A DNA stretch of 64,000 bases, from positions 4,224,001 through 4,288,000 of the forward strand of contig OZ245046.1 of NCBI GenBank assembly GCA_965224245.1. The letters are read 5' to 3'. This stretch comes from Candidatus Eiseniibacteriota bacterium. Lineage in GTDB: Bacteria; Eisenbacteria; RBG-16-71-46; CAZAMP01. Positions 1 through 9,500 of the stretch are shown one piece after another. The position numbers and the translations under genes are program-made. The number at the start of each line of letters is the position of its first letter. The stretch's first letter is position 1. The notes beneath the pieces were generated by a model. It saw only the letters and a list, made by a program, of their open reading frames with translations, made no database searches and was not told the DNA's origin.

Positions 1-1045
1 GCGTGTGGAGGTACGGCATGCCGTCGGTGGTCACCGGCGTGAACGTCGCGCCGCGGTCGTCGCTCCGGTACACGCCGTCGCTGGCGCCGGCGAACACGAC
101 GTCCGTATCGAACGGGCTGTGGACGAGCGAGAACACCGTGCCCCCGATCCCGCTCCCCCACGCCGACCACGGCGTCTCCGGTGACGTCTGCCGGAAGACG
201 CCGCCGTCCACCGCGCCGATCACCTGACCGGCGATCTCGGGATCCGCGGCGATGGTGCGAAGGTTGAGATCGGGCAGGCCGGGGTTGTTCCAGTTCATCG
301 TGCCCCCGAGGTCCGGGGTGTAGAAGCAGCGGAACGTGTTCCCGCCGTACAGCACCGGCGGCTCGTCGACGTCGAACGCGAGACCGAGCGTGGACTCGCC
401 CGCGACGCCGCGGAAGCCCGCGGCGCCGACCGTCCAGCTCGACGTATCCCAGTCGAAGATCCAGAACGTGCCCCCCTCGAACGGGAGGCCGAGCTCGGAC
501 ACGACCGCGCCCGAGCCGTCGGGGATCGCGATGACGTCCCATCCCACGCCGGGACAGTTGTTGATGTCGTTGTCGTCGTCGCGCTCCCAGGAGGCGCCGC
601 CGCTGTACGTGAGGTACGTGCCCGACATCGTGATCGCGATGCCGCGGCTGGGATCGGTGGGCGAGAACTCGGTGTCCACGACGAGGATCGTGGCCACGCC
701 GTCGCCCTCGTAGAAGTCGCTGAACTCCTGGATCCAGCTCGCGCCGCCGTCGTTGGTCCGCCAGAGCGCCTCGCCGTACGAGCCGAGGAACAGACGGTCG
801 GGATCGGTGGGGTCGTAGCCGAGACGCATCGGGGCGGCGGTCATCGCGGCCGGCGTCATGTCCTCCCAGGCGGCGTTCGCCGGCGTGGCCAGGCCGAGCG
901 TGGCCGCGGCCAGCGACGCCAGGACGAGCGATGCGGGGGCCAGCGGTGCCAGGACCCGCGCGGTGAGGAGCGGTGCGAGATCGAGCGTTGCCGGGGCGTG
1001 CGCGTGCGCGTGCCGCGCGGTCGGGGCGTGCGATCGGGACCTCAT
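1..1045 (-). CDS. Secreted BNR/Asp-box beta-propeller protein (YCF48/VPS10/sialidase-like); 3' end runs off the window
   Basis: Absent from the ORF track because it is truncated; translated by hand. ATG at 1045 with AAGGAGA SD, signal-like 'LVLASLAAATLGLATPANA', and Asp-box repeats LWRTNDGGASW, TYSGGASW, VYRSDDRGATF. Confidence 0.75.
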   Translation of the reverse strand, partial: MRSRSHAPTARHAHAHAPATLDLAPLLTARVLAPLAPASLVLASLAAATLGLATPANAAWEDMTPAAMTAAPMRLGYDPTDPDRLFLGSYGEALWRTNDGGASWIQEFSDFYEGDGVATILVVDTEFSPTDPSRGIAITMSGTYLTYSGGASWERDDDNDINNCPGVGWDVIAIPDGSGAVVSELGLPFEGGTFWIFDWDTSSWTVGAAGFRGVAGESTLGLAFDVDEPPVLYGGNTFRCFYTPDLGGTMNWNNPGLPDLNLRTIAADPEIAGQVIGAVDGGVFRQTSPETPWSAWGSGIGGTVFSLVHSPFDTDVVFAGASDGVYRSDDRGATFTPVTTDGMPYLHT

Positions 1046-1061
1046 GCGGCTCTCCTTTCGG

Positions 1062-2531
1062 CTAGGCGTACGTACCTCCGGCATCGACGAGCTCGTGACC
1101 GTCGAGCGTGATGCAGCACACGTCCGCCTGCAGGTTCCACGAGAAGTTCGAGACGTTCGATCCGTCGACGTAGTCGTTCCGGCCGATGCCGATCGTGGCG
1201 CGGCCGCGCGCCTTCTGGTCCCACGCGGCATGTCCGACCGGCGCGCCGATGCGGGGGTTCATGCCCAGCTCGAGCACGCCGAGCGCGTCGTGATCCCCAT
1301 CCCCGATCTCGAGCAGGCGATGGAGGAGATCCTCGTTCTCCTCGGCGGTCGCCGACTCGACCACCCCATCACGGAAGCGCAGGCGAACGCCCCGGATCGG
1401 CGTGCCCAGGCACTCGGTGACGTCGCAGTGGAGCGTGCCCTGGGCGCTGCCACCGACCACTCGCGTCAGGAGCTTGCCCGCGGGGAGGTGGTTGATGCCG
1501 CGCCGCTCGGCAACCTCGGCGTCGGAGATGATGCCGTCGTCCACGCGCACGGCCCCGCCGTCGAGCGTGAACCGGAGATCGGTGCCCTCGGCCGAGCGCA
1601 GGTGCACCTCGCGCGCGCTCCGGATGCGCGTGGCGGCGTCGCGGCACACGGCCTCGAGCTCGGTGTAGTCGACGTCGAGGGCCAGCCAGAACGCGTCGTG
1701 CAGGTCCCGGAAGTCGATGCCGAGCTGCTCGGCCCGCGCCTCGGTGGGATACGCGAGGTGGATCGTCCGCACGCCCGCGCGCATGAAGTGCGAGAGGAGT
1801 CGGTGGTCGCCGGGGACGCTCACGTGCGACTGCTCGAGCGCTCGCCGCGCGAGCGCGTCCACCGAGCGGGCTCGTGCCGCGGCGTCGGCGTCGGCGGACA
1901 GCGACAGCCCCGCGACGGGACCGCCCTGCGGCTCCTCGAACAGGATCGCCGCGTGCGCGTCGCCGGTGAAGCGGGTCAGGAAGTCCGACGGCGCGCGACC
2001 GCGGTAGGTCAGGATGCCGTGTGCGCCGGCGTCGTCGATCGCCTGGTGCAGCGTGACCATGATGTCGCGGAACGCGGGTGATCCGTGAATCAGGAGCACG
2101 TCGCCGGGGCTCGTCAGGAGACAGTCGCGAACGATGCATCCGGCCACGCGCCGCACGTCGACGTCGAGCACCGCCGCGCGCCGCCAGTCGAGGACGCGCG
2201 CCGAGAGCGCGGTGCGAAGGTCTCCGCCGAGGTCCCCGTACTCGCCGATGCCGTCGGCCACGCAGACGTTGCGCGCGACGGGTCGGTAGTACTTCTCGAC
2301 CACGCCGCCCCGCTCGACCCGCGACGCGATCTCGATCAGGCCCGCCTTCTCCAGGGCCTTCACGTGATAGTGCACGCGGCCAGGCGTGCCCCCGAGGGCC
2401 TCCGCGAGCTGACGGGCGGTCCGCGCCTCCTCGACCAGAAGCTCGACGATGCGCCGTCGCTCCGGGTGGGCCAGGGCCTGCCGCGCCCGGGGTTCGGTCA
2501 CGAGATGGATGTCGGGGGACCGGCTCGACAT
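1062..2531 (-). CDS. ArsR-like winged-HTH regulator fused to a degenerate peptidase M29 (AmpT/AmpS-like) domain
   Basis: N-terminus 'ALAHPERRRIVELL..TARQLAEALG...VHYHVKALEKAGLI..EKYY'. C-terminal M29-like segments 'GTDLRF', 'DDGIIS', 'NHLPAGK', 'ELGMNP'. Start could alternatively be 2540. Confidence 0.8.
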   Translation of the reverse strand: MSSRSPDIHLVTEPRARQALAHPERRRIVELLVEEARTARQLAEALGGTPGRVHYHVKALEKAGLIEIASRVERGGVVEKYYRPVARNVCVADGIGEYGDLGGDLRTALSARVLDWRRAAVLDVDVRRVAGCIVRDCLLTSPGDVLLIHGSPAFRDIMVTLHQAIDDAGAHGILTYRGRAPSDFLTRFTGDAHAAILFEEPQGGPVAGLSLSADADAAARARSVDALARRALEQSHVSVPGDHRLLSHFMRAGVRTIHLAYPTEARAEQLGIDFRDLHDAFWLALDVDYTELEAVCRDAATRIRSAREVHLRSAEGTDLRFTLDGGAVRVDDGIISDAEVAERRGINHLPAGKLLTRVVGGSAQGTLHCDVTECLGTPIRGVRLRFRDGVVESATAEENEDLLHRLLEIGDGDHDALGVLELGMNPRIGAPVGHAAWDQKARGRATIGIGRNDYVDGSNVSNFSWNLQADVCCITLDGHELVDAGGTYA

Positions 2532-2565
2532 GGGACCCATTCGATGAAGATGGATCGATCTGGAT

Positions 2566-2610
2566 TGTTAGATCATTGACAGCATAGCTGCTCCACCCTG
2601 ATCCGGGCAA
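2566..2610 (-). promoter_or_regulatory. Sigma70-like promoter TTGCCC-N18-TATGCT with an adjacent imperfect palindrome TGTCAA-TGAT-CTAACA (candidate operator)
   Basis: -35 at 2605-2610 and -10 at 2581-2586 on the minus strand; the palindrome at 2566-2581 covers the predicted start site of the HTH-M29 gene. Confidence 0.5.
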
Positions 2611-2920
2611 GGGGTTTCATGCCGAGCGGGCGCCGGGGAGCCCGGCGGCTCCGATCCGCCTCTCGGCGGATCCATCGGACGCCACCGGCCGATCCAGATC
2701 AGCGAGGGCGGTCGCCCCCGGCGGTTGCACGGGTACAGTCGTGAGGACGGCGACGTCCCCCTGGCGGTCGTCTCGCCGCGCCGCGGGGCCGCCAGGCCGG
2801 CACGCGAATGGCCACGATCGCCGAGGTCCGTGTTCGAGCCGCCCTCACCGCAGCCGGTGAGCGTGAACGGCGCGAGCGTGAACGCGTCGGCGAGATGGAT
2901 CGGCAGAGAAGGGTTGTCGC

Positions 2921-4114
2921 TCAGGGCACGGCAGTCGCCGGCACCGCCGCGCCCGGCACGACGTCGAGATAAACCGACTCGATCATGTCGGCCACCTTCG
3001 TCCACGCGTACCCAGAGACCGTGTTGCGTCCCTCGACGACCAGGGCGCGGGCCAGCTCGGGCTGATCGAGCACGCGCTCGACCGCGTCGGCCAGTCGCTC
3101 GGGATTCTCGGGCGGGAAGAGAATGGCGTCCTTCCCCTCGTTGACCACGTTGCGAAAGCCCGTGATGTCGCTGGCCACGATCGGAAGCCCGGACGCCATC
3201 GCCTCGAGAAGAATGATCCCGAACGACTCGAAGCCGATCGACGGTGCGACGAACACGTCGGCGATCTCGTAGCACGCCGCGAGCGCCTTGCCCCTACGGT
3301 GCCCCAGGAAGTGGACGTCCTGGATGTTCTCCTTGCGGTAGCGCCGCTCGAGCGGGCCGTCGCCCACCGCCAGGAGTCGCACGTCGCCGCGGCGCTGGGA
3401 CAGGATCCGGAACGCGTCCAGGAGGATCCCGAATCCCTTCTTCTTCACGAACTGCCCGACGTACAGGATGTTCTTCTTGTGCGCGCCGAAGCGGCCGGCC
3501 AGCGCGCTGCCGTTGGGCTGGAAGCGCTCGATGTTCACGCCGTTCGGCACGACGCGATACTCGAGCTCGCCGAAGTACTTCTCGAACGCGTCGCGCGCGC
3601 ACGGCGACACGGCCACGCGTGCGGCCAGCTTCTCCATGCGCGCCCGGAGCGGTCGCTGGAACAGCCGCAAGAGCCGGTTGTCGTTCTGATGATACGCGTG
3701 GAGCGTCCCCACGACCGGACAGCGGGCCATCGACAGCGCCATCAGCGGGAGCCGCGGCGCCAGGGGATCGTGCACGTGCAGCACGTCGAACCGCTCGCGC
3801 TCGAGCACGCGGCGCAGCCGGGGACCCAGCCGTCCGATCGTCACCGCGGTCACGCCGCCGTTGTACGGGAACGCGACGCTGCGGCCGAACCGGATCACCT
3901 TGCTCTCGTCGGGCGCCGGCCCCGCGAGGTGGCTGTGCCCGACGGCGAGGTGCGGGATGCGCGCCTGCATCCGCGCGAGCCGGTTGTCGAAGCGACCGGT
4001 CAGGATGCGCACGTCGTGTCCGCGCGCCCGGAGCTCACGGGCCAGGTTGTAGATGTGCTCGGAGATCCCGCCCGGCCACGGGTAGTAGAACTCGGAGACG
4101 ATCCCGATCTTCAT
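2921..4114 (-). CDS. GT4 glycosyltransferase, PimA-like (phosphatidyl-myo-inositol mannosyltransferase family)
   Basis: MKIGIVSEFYYPWPGGISEH start; 'DVLHVHDP'; 'ESFGIILLEAMASG' EX7E motif; directly follows a PatA-like acyltransferase. Confidence 0.85.
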   Translation of the reverse strand: MKIGIVSEFYYPWPGGISEHIYNLARELRARGHDVRILTGRFDNRLARMQARIPHLAVGHSHLAGPAPDESKVIRFGRSVAFPYNGGVTAVTIGRLGPRLRRVLERERFDVLHVHDPLAPRLPLMALSMARCPVVGTLHAYHQNDNRLLRLFQRPLRARMEKLAARVAVSPCARDAFEKYFGELEYRVVPNGVNIERFQPNGSALAGRFGAHKKNILYVGQFVKKKGFGILLDAFRILSQRRGDVRLLAVGDGPLERRYRKENIQDVHFLGHRRGKALAACYEIADVFVAPSIGFESFGIILLEAMASGLPIVASDITGFRNVVNEGKDAILFPPENPERLADAVERVLDQPELARALVVEGRNTVSGYAWTKVADMIESVYLDVVPGAAVPATAVP

Positions 4115-4133
4115 CGATTGCCTTCGTCCGGCG

Positions 4134-6275
4134 CTAGCGAGCCTCGCGCCCCAGGACGAGCCATTGCTCGGGTACCTCCTGGAGCCAGCGGTGGAGCTCG
4201 CCGGCAAACGTGGTCGCCATCAGTGCGATCGCGGCGTCCCGATCCGCCCGGGCGCTCGCGGGTGGCCGGGGGATCGGGGGCGAAACTCGCAAACCATAGC
4301 CGTTCGGCGTGCGCAGGACCACCATGGGAAGCACGACCGCGCCGGTGTCGATCGCGAGACGGTAAGGCCCTATCGGAACACGATTTACCCCCCAGGAGCC
4401 CGACACCTCGACGGTCGCGCCGTCCCGGGCGCGGTCGGCGGCCATGGCCACCGCCCCCCTCTCCCGGAGCGTCCGGAGCGCCGATCGGGCTCCCGCGCGG
4501 CCGGTCACGATCGGGATCCCGGCGCGGCGCCGGAGCTCGACGTAGTGTTCGAAGAGCTCGGGGGGACGGATCCGTTCGGCGAAGACGACGAGCCGCGGCC
4601 CGGATCCGCGTTCGGACCACCGGCGAACCCCGACCGCGCCCAGGAGATCCCAGTTGCCGACATGCGCGGTCACGATGACGATCGGCCGGTCCGCGTCGCG
4701 GGCCGCGTCCACGTGCTCCCAGCCGTCGATCGCGGTGCGGCTCACGAGCTCGTCCAGCCGTCCCGCGTCGATCGCGGCCGTCTCGACGTGCGTGCGCGCG
4801 TACGAGCCGAGCACGTGGGCGAGCGGCGCCTGGATCCCCCACGCGCGCTGGTTCTCGCGGAGCGAGCGCGCGGCGCCGGGATGAAGCACGGTGGTGCGGC
4901 GGCCGATCCGCTCGGCGATGGCCAGCGCGCGGTCGAGCGACATCACGCGCAGCGGGGGGCGCAGGAGGCGACCGAGCAACAGGATCGCGCGAGGACCCAG
5001 CTCACCTCGCCGCCGCCACTCTCCGATCACCACCGCGATGCCGGCGGCGCACGCGATGCCCCCGAGGACGGCCGCGATCGCGCGAACCGATTCCGGTGCG
5101 AGATCCGTGAACGAGGCCGCCGACGCCAGCGCGAGACCGATCAGGAACGCGGCTCGCTCGCCGGTCTCGCGAACGGCCAGCCACCGGCCGAGCACGCCGG
5201 GCGACGCCTGCCGCTGCAGCGTCGTCTCGCTTCCGATCAGCACCGTCGCGGCCGCGATGCCCGCGAGCGCCGCCAGGGCCACCAGCACGGGTCGGGCTGC
5301 GTCGAACGTCAGCGATCCGGTCACGACGCACGCGATGGCGGCCGCGAGCACCAGCCGCAGCGGGCCGCCGGTCCGCGCGGCCGCCGGTCGTCCGGACACG
5401 ACCGCGCCCACGATCGCGCCGGCCGCGAGCGCGCTCATGATCCAGCCCGCGACCGCCGGCGCCTGCGCGCCATGGATCCGGGGCAGCTCGTCGAGCACGA
5501 TCGGCACCAGCACGCCGGCCAGGAATCCCGCGATCGCCGGCGACAGCGCCACCACGGCGAGGTCCGCGCGGGCACGCGCTTCCTCGAGGAGGTCGCGCCA
5601 GCGTGAGCCGACCCCCGGGGCCGCGGGCGCGGACGCACCGGACGCGGCTCCGCTGGACGCGCTCGCCGTCACGGCCGGTAGCCCGAGGACGATCGCGGCC
5701 GACGCGAGGTACGTCGCCGCGTCCACGACGAACGCGAGCTTCCAGCCGAGCCACACCACGAGCCCGCCCGCCACCGCCGCGCCGACGACCTCGGCCCCGC
5801 GATCCACGCCCAGGAGCCACGCGTTGGCCCGTGCGAGCCGGGCGCGGGGCACCCATTCGGGCATCAGCCGGCCGCGCGCGACCCGGAACGCGCGGTTGAG
5901 ACCGAGCACGAGCGGCAGGAGCGCGTAGATCGGACGCGGCGAGTCGAAGATCGAGGCCAGGAGCGGAAACGCCAGCACCAGCGCCGCGCGCCCCAGGTCG
6001 CTCGCCACCAGGAGCCACCGCCCCGGATGACGATCGGCCACCGCGCCCGCCGCGAGCCCGATCAGGATGGATGGGACGGCGGCGATCGCGAGGAGCACGA
6101 GCAGCTCCCGCGCCGGCGCCGCCTCCCCCGACCAGAGCACGGCGGCGATCGCGATGCGACTCACCTGATCGCCGAGCTGCGAGAACGCCTGTGCCGCGCA
6201 GAGTCGCGTGAGAGCGCCGGGGTGATCGGCCCGGGGTCGGGGGACGCCACTGGTGCGCGGATCGGCGATCGTCAT
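4134..6275 (-). CDS. MFS transporter fused to a lysophospholipid/lipid A (PatA/LpxL-like) acyltransferase
   Basis: About 420 aa hydrophobic MFS region ('AGAVADRHPGRWLLVASDLGR'), then 'TAHVGNWD' (HX4D), 'AMAADR', 'GPYRLA', 'PEQWLV'. Confidence 0.8.
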   Translation of the reverse strand: MTIADPRTSGVPRPRADHPGALTRLCAAQAFSQLGDQVSRIAIAAVLWSGEAAPARELLVLLAIAAVPSILIGLAAGAVADRHPGRWLLVASDLGRAALVLAFPLLASIFDSPRPIYALLPLVLGLNRAFRVARGRLMPEWVPRARLARANAWLLGVDRGAEVVGAAVAGGLVVWLGWKLAFVVDAATYLASAAIVLGLPAVTASASSGAASGASAPAAPGVGSRWRDLLEEARARADLAVVALSPAIAGFLAGVLVPIVLDELPRIHGAQAPAVAGWIMSALAAGAIVGAVVSGRPAAARTGGPLRLVLAAAIACVVTGSLTFDAARPVLVALAALAGIAAATVLIGSETTLQRQASPGVLGRWLAVRETGERAAFLIGLALASAASFTDLAPESVRAIAAVLGGIACAAGIAVVIGEWRRRGELGPRAILLLGRLLRPPLRVMSLDRALAIAERIGRRTTVLHPGAARSLRENQRAWGIQAPLAHVLGSYARTHVETAAIDAGRLDELVSRTAIDGWEHVDAARDADRPIVIVTAHVGNWDLLGAVGVRRWSERGSGPRLVVFAERIRPPELFEHYVELRRRAGIPIVTGRAGARSALRTLRERGAVAMAADRARDGATVEVSGSWGVNRVPIGPYRLAIDTGAVVLPMVVLRTPNGYGLRVSPPIPRPPASARADRDAAIALMATTFAGELHRWLQEVPEQWLVLGREAR

Positions 6276-6294
6276 CGTGTCTTCAAGAGCGCGT

Positions 6295-7206
6295 CTACCC
6301 GGTGCTCTCCGCCTCGAGGCGAACGTCGTTGAACGTGCGGCGATCGATCCAGAGGAAGTCGGCGATGCGGCGGATGCCGTCGACCTCGGATGCGTCGAGC
6401 CGTCCGTCCGCGGTCGCCACGTGGAACATGGCCCACAGGAGCTGCCTCCGCTCCCCGCCGTCGGAGACGCGATTGAACTCGGCGGCGAGGCGTCGCTCGT
6501 CCACGTCGCCGGTCACCTGCTCGGCCAGCACCGCCTCGATCGTGGCCAGCTCCTCGGTCCCGAAGCCGAAGCGATCCCCCAGGAGCTGGATGATCCGGGC
6601 GCGCTCGGGAGCGTCCACGGCGCCGTCGGCGACGGCCACCTTCTGCAGGATCGCGCCGAAGAGGGTCGCGCGATTGAGTCGCGCGGCGTCGCGGTCGGTC
6701 TCGCTGGCCAGCGAGGCCAGGCTCTCGCGTACGCGGGTCTGGAGTCGCGAGCGCAGCACGTCGGCCAGCGAGGCCGACTCCCGCTTTCCGCGCGACCACG
6801 AGAAGACGCTCCGGACCCGATCGAGCAACATGTCCACCACGGTGTGCGTCTCCAGCGCTTCCTTGACCGTCCGCAGGAAACGCTCCTCGTCCTCGGACAC
6901 CTCGCCATCGGCGGCGAAGAGCTCGTAGAGCTCGTCGTAGAGGAGACGCTTCTCGGTGTCGGACGACACCGAGGCCAGGAACGCCCGCGTCAGCTCCTCG
7001 GCCTCGGTCCGCGTGACCGGGTCGTCGAGGAGATGCATGACCTCCGCGGTGTCGTCCGCGCCCAGCCGCACCCGGAGCATGAACGCCTTCACGACGTTCA
7101 CCTCGTCCACCTCGACCCGTCCGTCCGCCCAGGCGGCGGCCGCCAGCACCTTCGCCAGCGCCAGATGCGTCTCTCGCCCCACGCTCGATCGTCCTTTCGT
7201 CGACAT
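6295..7206 (-). CDS. TerB-family protein with tandem TerB-like domains
   Basis: Repeated 'AWADGRVEVDE', 'AADGEVSEDE', 'AVADGAVDAPE', 'ATADGRLDASE' motifs; start MSTKGRS inside the longer ORF 6295..7785. Confidence 0.8.
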   Translation of the reverse strand: MSTKGRSSVGRETHLALAKVLAAAAWADGRVEVDEVNVVKAFMLRVRLGADDTAEVMHLLDDPVTRTEAEELTRAFLASVSSDTEKRLLYDELYELFAADGEVSEDEERFLRTVKEALETHTVVDMLLDRVRSVFSWSRGKRESASLADVLRSRLQTRVRESLASLASETDRDAARLNRATLFGAILQKVAVADGAVDAPERARIIQLLGDRFGFGTEELATIEAVLAEQVTGDVDERRLAAEFNRVSDGGERRQLLWAMFHVATADGRLDASEVDGIRRIADFLWIDRRTFNDVRLEAESTG

Positions 7207-7314
7207 GAGTGGATCGATATGATCGCGCGTCCGATTGATGATGCCCGAGCGCGGCGGAGAGGACAAACCGATCTCCCCGCGGTCGCGTGCCCTCGTGCCG
7301 TCTGGAGCCCCTCG

Positions 7315-8007
7315 GTGCGTGACAGCCTCCCCCGCATCGCCCGCGAGATCGTGAGCTGCCGGACCTGCACGCGGCTGGTCGCCCATCGCGAGCACGTCGC
7401 GGCCACCCGGCGCCGCGCGTACCGCGACTGGGAGTACTGGGGGCGGCCGGTTCCCGGATTCGGCGACCCGAGAGCGCGTCTCGTCCTCGTGGGGCTGGCA
7501 CCCGGCGCGCACGGCAGCAACCGGACCGGCCGGCAGTTCACCGGCGATGCGTCGGGCGACTTCCTGTATCCGGCGCTTCACCGGGCCGGGTTCGCGTCCC
7601 AGCCCGATTCGGTCTCGCGCGACGACGGCATGCGCCTCGAGGACTGCTTCATCACGTCGGTCGTGCGCTGCGCGCCGCCCGCGAACAAGCCGACCCGCGA
7701 GGAGTTCGATGCGTGCTTCCCGTATCTCGCGCGCGAGCTGGGGCGGCTCCGGCGCGCGCAGGTGTTCGTCGCGCTCGGACGGCATGCGTTCGACGGGCTC
7801 GTGCGCGCGCTACCCGGTCTCGGCCTCGCGGTCGCCGGGGACGAGCGGCCCTCGTTCGGACATGCCGCGGAGATCGGTCTCACGAAGGGCCGGACGCTCC
7901 TGTCGTCGTATCACCCGAGCCGTCAGAACACGCAGACCGGACGCCTGACCCGGGCGATGTTCGACCGGGTCTTTCGCCGCGCGCGCCGGCTCGTCGGAGA
8001 GGTGTAG
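7315..8007 (+). CDS. udgB: Uracil-DNA glycosylase family 5 (UdgB-type, Fe-S)
   Basis: CRTCTRL, 'YWGRPVPGFGD', 'GLAPGAHGSNRTGR', 'YHPSRQNT'; GTG start after GGAG. Confidence 0.9.
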   Translation: MRDSLPRIAREIVSCRTCTRLVAHREHVAATRRRAYRDWEYWGRPVPGFGDPRARLVLVGLAPGAHGSNRTGRQFTGDASGDFLYPALHRAGFASQPDSVSRDDGMRLEDCFITSVVRCAPPANKPTREEFDACFPYLARELGRLRRAQVFVALGRHAFDGLVRALPGLGLAVAGDERPSFGHAAEIGLTKGRTLLSSYHPSRQNTQTGRLTRAMFDRVFRRARRLVGEV

Positions 8008-8754
8008 GTGGACGGCGCGCTCTTGCCGATCGTGCTGGGCGTGGCCGGCTTCGGGGCCGGCGTGGTCAACGCGCTCGCCGGCGGCGGGTCGTTCCTGACG
8101 TTTCCGCTGCTCCTGTGGCTCGGCGTCCCGCCTCAGGTCGCGAACGCGACCAATCGCATCGCGATCACCGCGCAGTGCATCGCGGGCACCGCCACGTACG
8201 CCCGCCACGGCGTCGTCCACTGGCGAAAGCTCGCTCCCCTGTACCTGCCCGCGTGCGCCGGCGCGTTCATCGGCGCACAGCTCGCATCCAACCTCGACGA
8301 GACGATCTTCCGGCGCGTGACGGCAGTGGTTCTACTCGCGGTGGCGGCCAGCGTGTTCATCGACACGAAGCGATGGACCGAGGTCCGACCGGAGGGCGGA
8401 CACGTCCGTCCACTCCACTACCCGTTGGTGTTCGCGATGGGCATCTACGGCGGCTTTCTCCAGGTGGGGATCGGCACGTTGATGCTGACGTTCTTCGTGA
8501 TGCTGGGCGGGTTCGACGTCGTGCGCGGGAACGCGATGAAGTTCGGTCTCGTGGCGGGCTACCAGATCCTCGCGCTCGTGATCTTCACACGTGCCTCGCA
8601 GATCGACTGGGTGCTCGGCGGCATGCTGACGATCGGCACGATCCTGGGCGGCATCGTGGGGGCGAACATCGTCGTCCAGAGCGGCACGCGGTGGGTGCGC
8701 TGGGTGGTCATCGTCGCGGCACTCGCGGGCGTCGCGAAGCTCCTGCTGGGCTGA
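8008..8754 (+). CDS. TauE/SafE (TSUP) family transporter
   Basis: 'AGVVNALAGGGS', 'PPQVANATN', 'GIYGGFLQVGIG'; about 8 TM segments. Confidence 0.9.
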   Translation: MDGALLPIVLGVAGFGAGVVNALAGGGSFLTFPLLLWLGVPPQVANATNRIAITAQCIAGTATYARHGVVHWRKLAPLYLPACAGAFIGAQLASNLDETIFRRVTAVVLLAVAASVFIDTKRWTEVRPEGGHVRPLHYPLVFAMGIYGGFLQVGIGTLMLTFFVMLGGFDVVRGNAMKFGLVAGYQILALVIFTRASQIDWVLGGMLTIGTILGGIVGANIVVQSGTRWVRWVVIVAALAGVAKLLLG

Positions 8755-8758
8755 TCCG

Positions 8759-9481
8759 ATGTCGGCGACGCTGATCCTGTCCGTGACGACGCTCGTCGGG
8801 GCGACGATCTCGGGCGTCATCGGCATGGGCGGTGGCATCCTGCTCCTGGCCGTGATGGCGTCGGTCCTCGATCCGATCGCGGTCGTGCCGGTGCACGGCG
8901 TCGTGCAGCTCGTCAGCAACAGCTCGCGGGGGCTCCGGCTGCTGCCGCACGTGAACCGCCGTTTCGTCGCGTTCTACACCCCGATGCTCCTGGTGGGGGC
9001 GGCGGTCGGCATCGGGCTCTACCGGGGCGCGTCGGCCCCCTGGTTCCGTCCCGCGGTCGGCGCGTTCGTGCTGCTGGTCCTGCTGTGGGAGCGGCTCGAG
9101 CCCGAGCGGCTGCGCGCGCCGGACTGGGTGCTGGTGCCGGCCGGCTTCGTCGGCGGGCTTCTGACGGTGCTCGTGGGGGCCACCGGTCCGTACCTCGCGG
9201 CGTTCTTCCTGCGCGACGACATGACGCGGCGCGAGATCGTGGCCACCAAGGCGGCCGTGCAGACGTTCGGGCACCTGGTCAAGATCCCGGCCTTCCTGTC
9301 CATCGGGTTCGCGTATCGCGAGCACCTCTTGCTGATCGGGCCGCTCGTCGTGTGCGCGGTGCTCGGAACGCTCCTGGGCACGGCGGTGCTCGGGCGGCTG
9401 AACGAGCAGGTGTTCAGGCGCGCGTTCCGGGTCGTGCTGCTGGTGCTGGCCGTGCGGCTCGTGTGGCGCGGGCTGGCATGA
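8759..9481 (+). CDS. TauE/SafE (TSUP) family transporter
   Basis: 'ISGVIGMGGGILL', 'VPVHGVVQLVSN', 'VGATGP'; multiple TM segments. Confidence 0.88.
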   Translation: MSATLILSVTTLVGATISGVIGMGGGILLLAVMASVLDPIAVVPVHGVVQLVSNSSRGLRLLPHVNRRFVAFYTPMLLVGAAVGIGLYRGASAPWFRPAVGAFVLLVLLWERLEPERLRAPDWVLVPAGFVGGLLTVLVGATGPYLAAFFLRDDMTRREIVATKAAVQTFGHLVKIPAFLSIGFAYREHLLLIGPLVVCAVLGTLLGTAVLGRLNEQVFRRAFRVVLLVLAVRLVWRGLA

Positions 9482-9500
9482 GACCCGTTCGCTCCGCCGC

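Noticed and set aside
2653-2672. Hairpin GATCCGCC-TCTC-GGCGGATC
   Set aside because: No U-tract and no recognisable RNA family, so I cannot call it a terminator or ncRNA.
2700-2915. Lipobox-like fragment (FTLTGCGEGGS) on the minus strand
   Set aside because: No plausible start or SD; at most a gene remnant.
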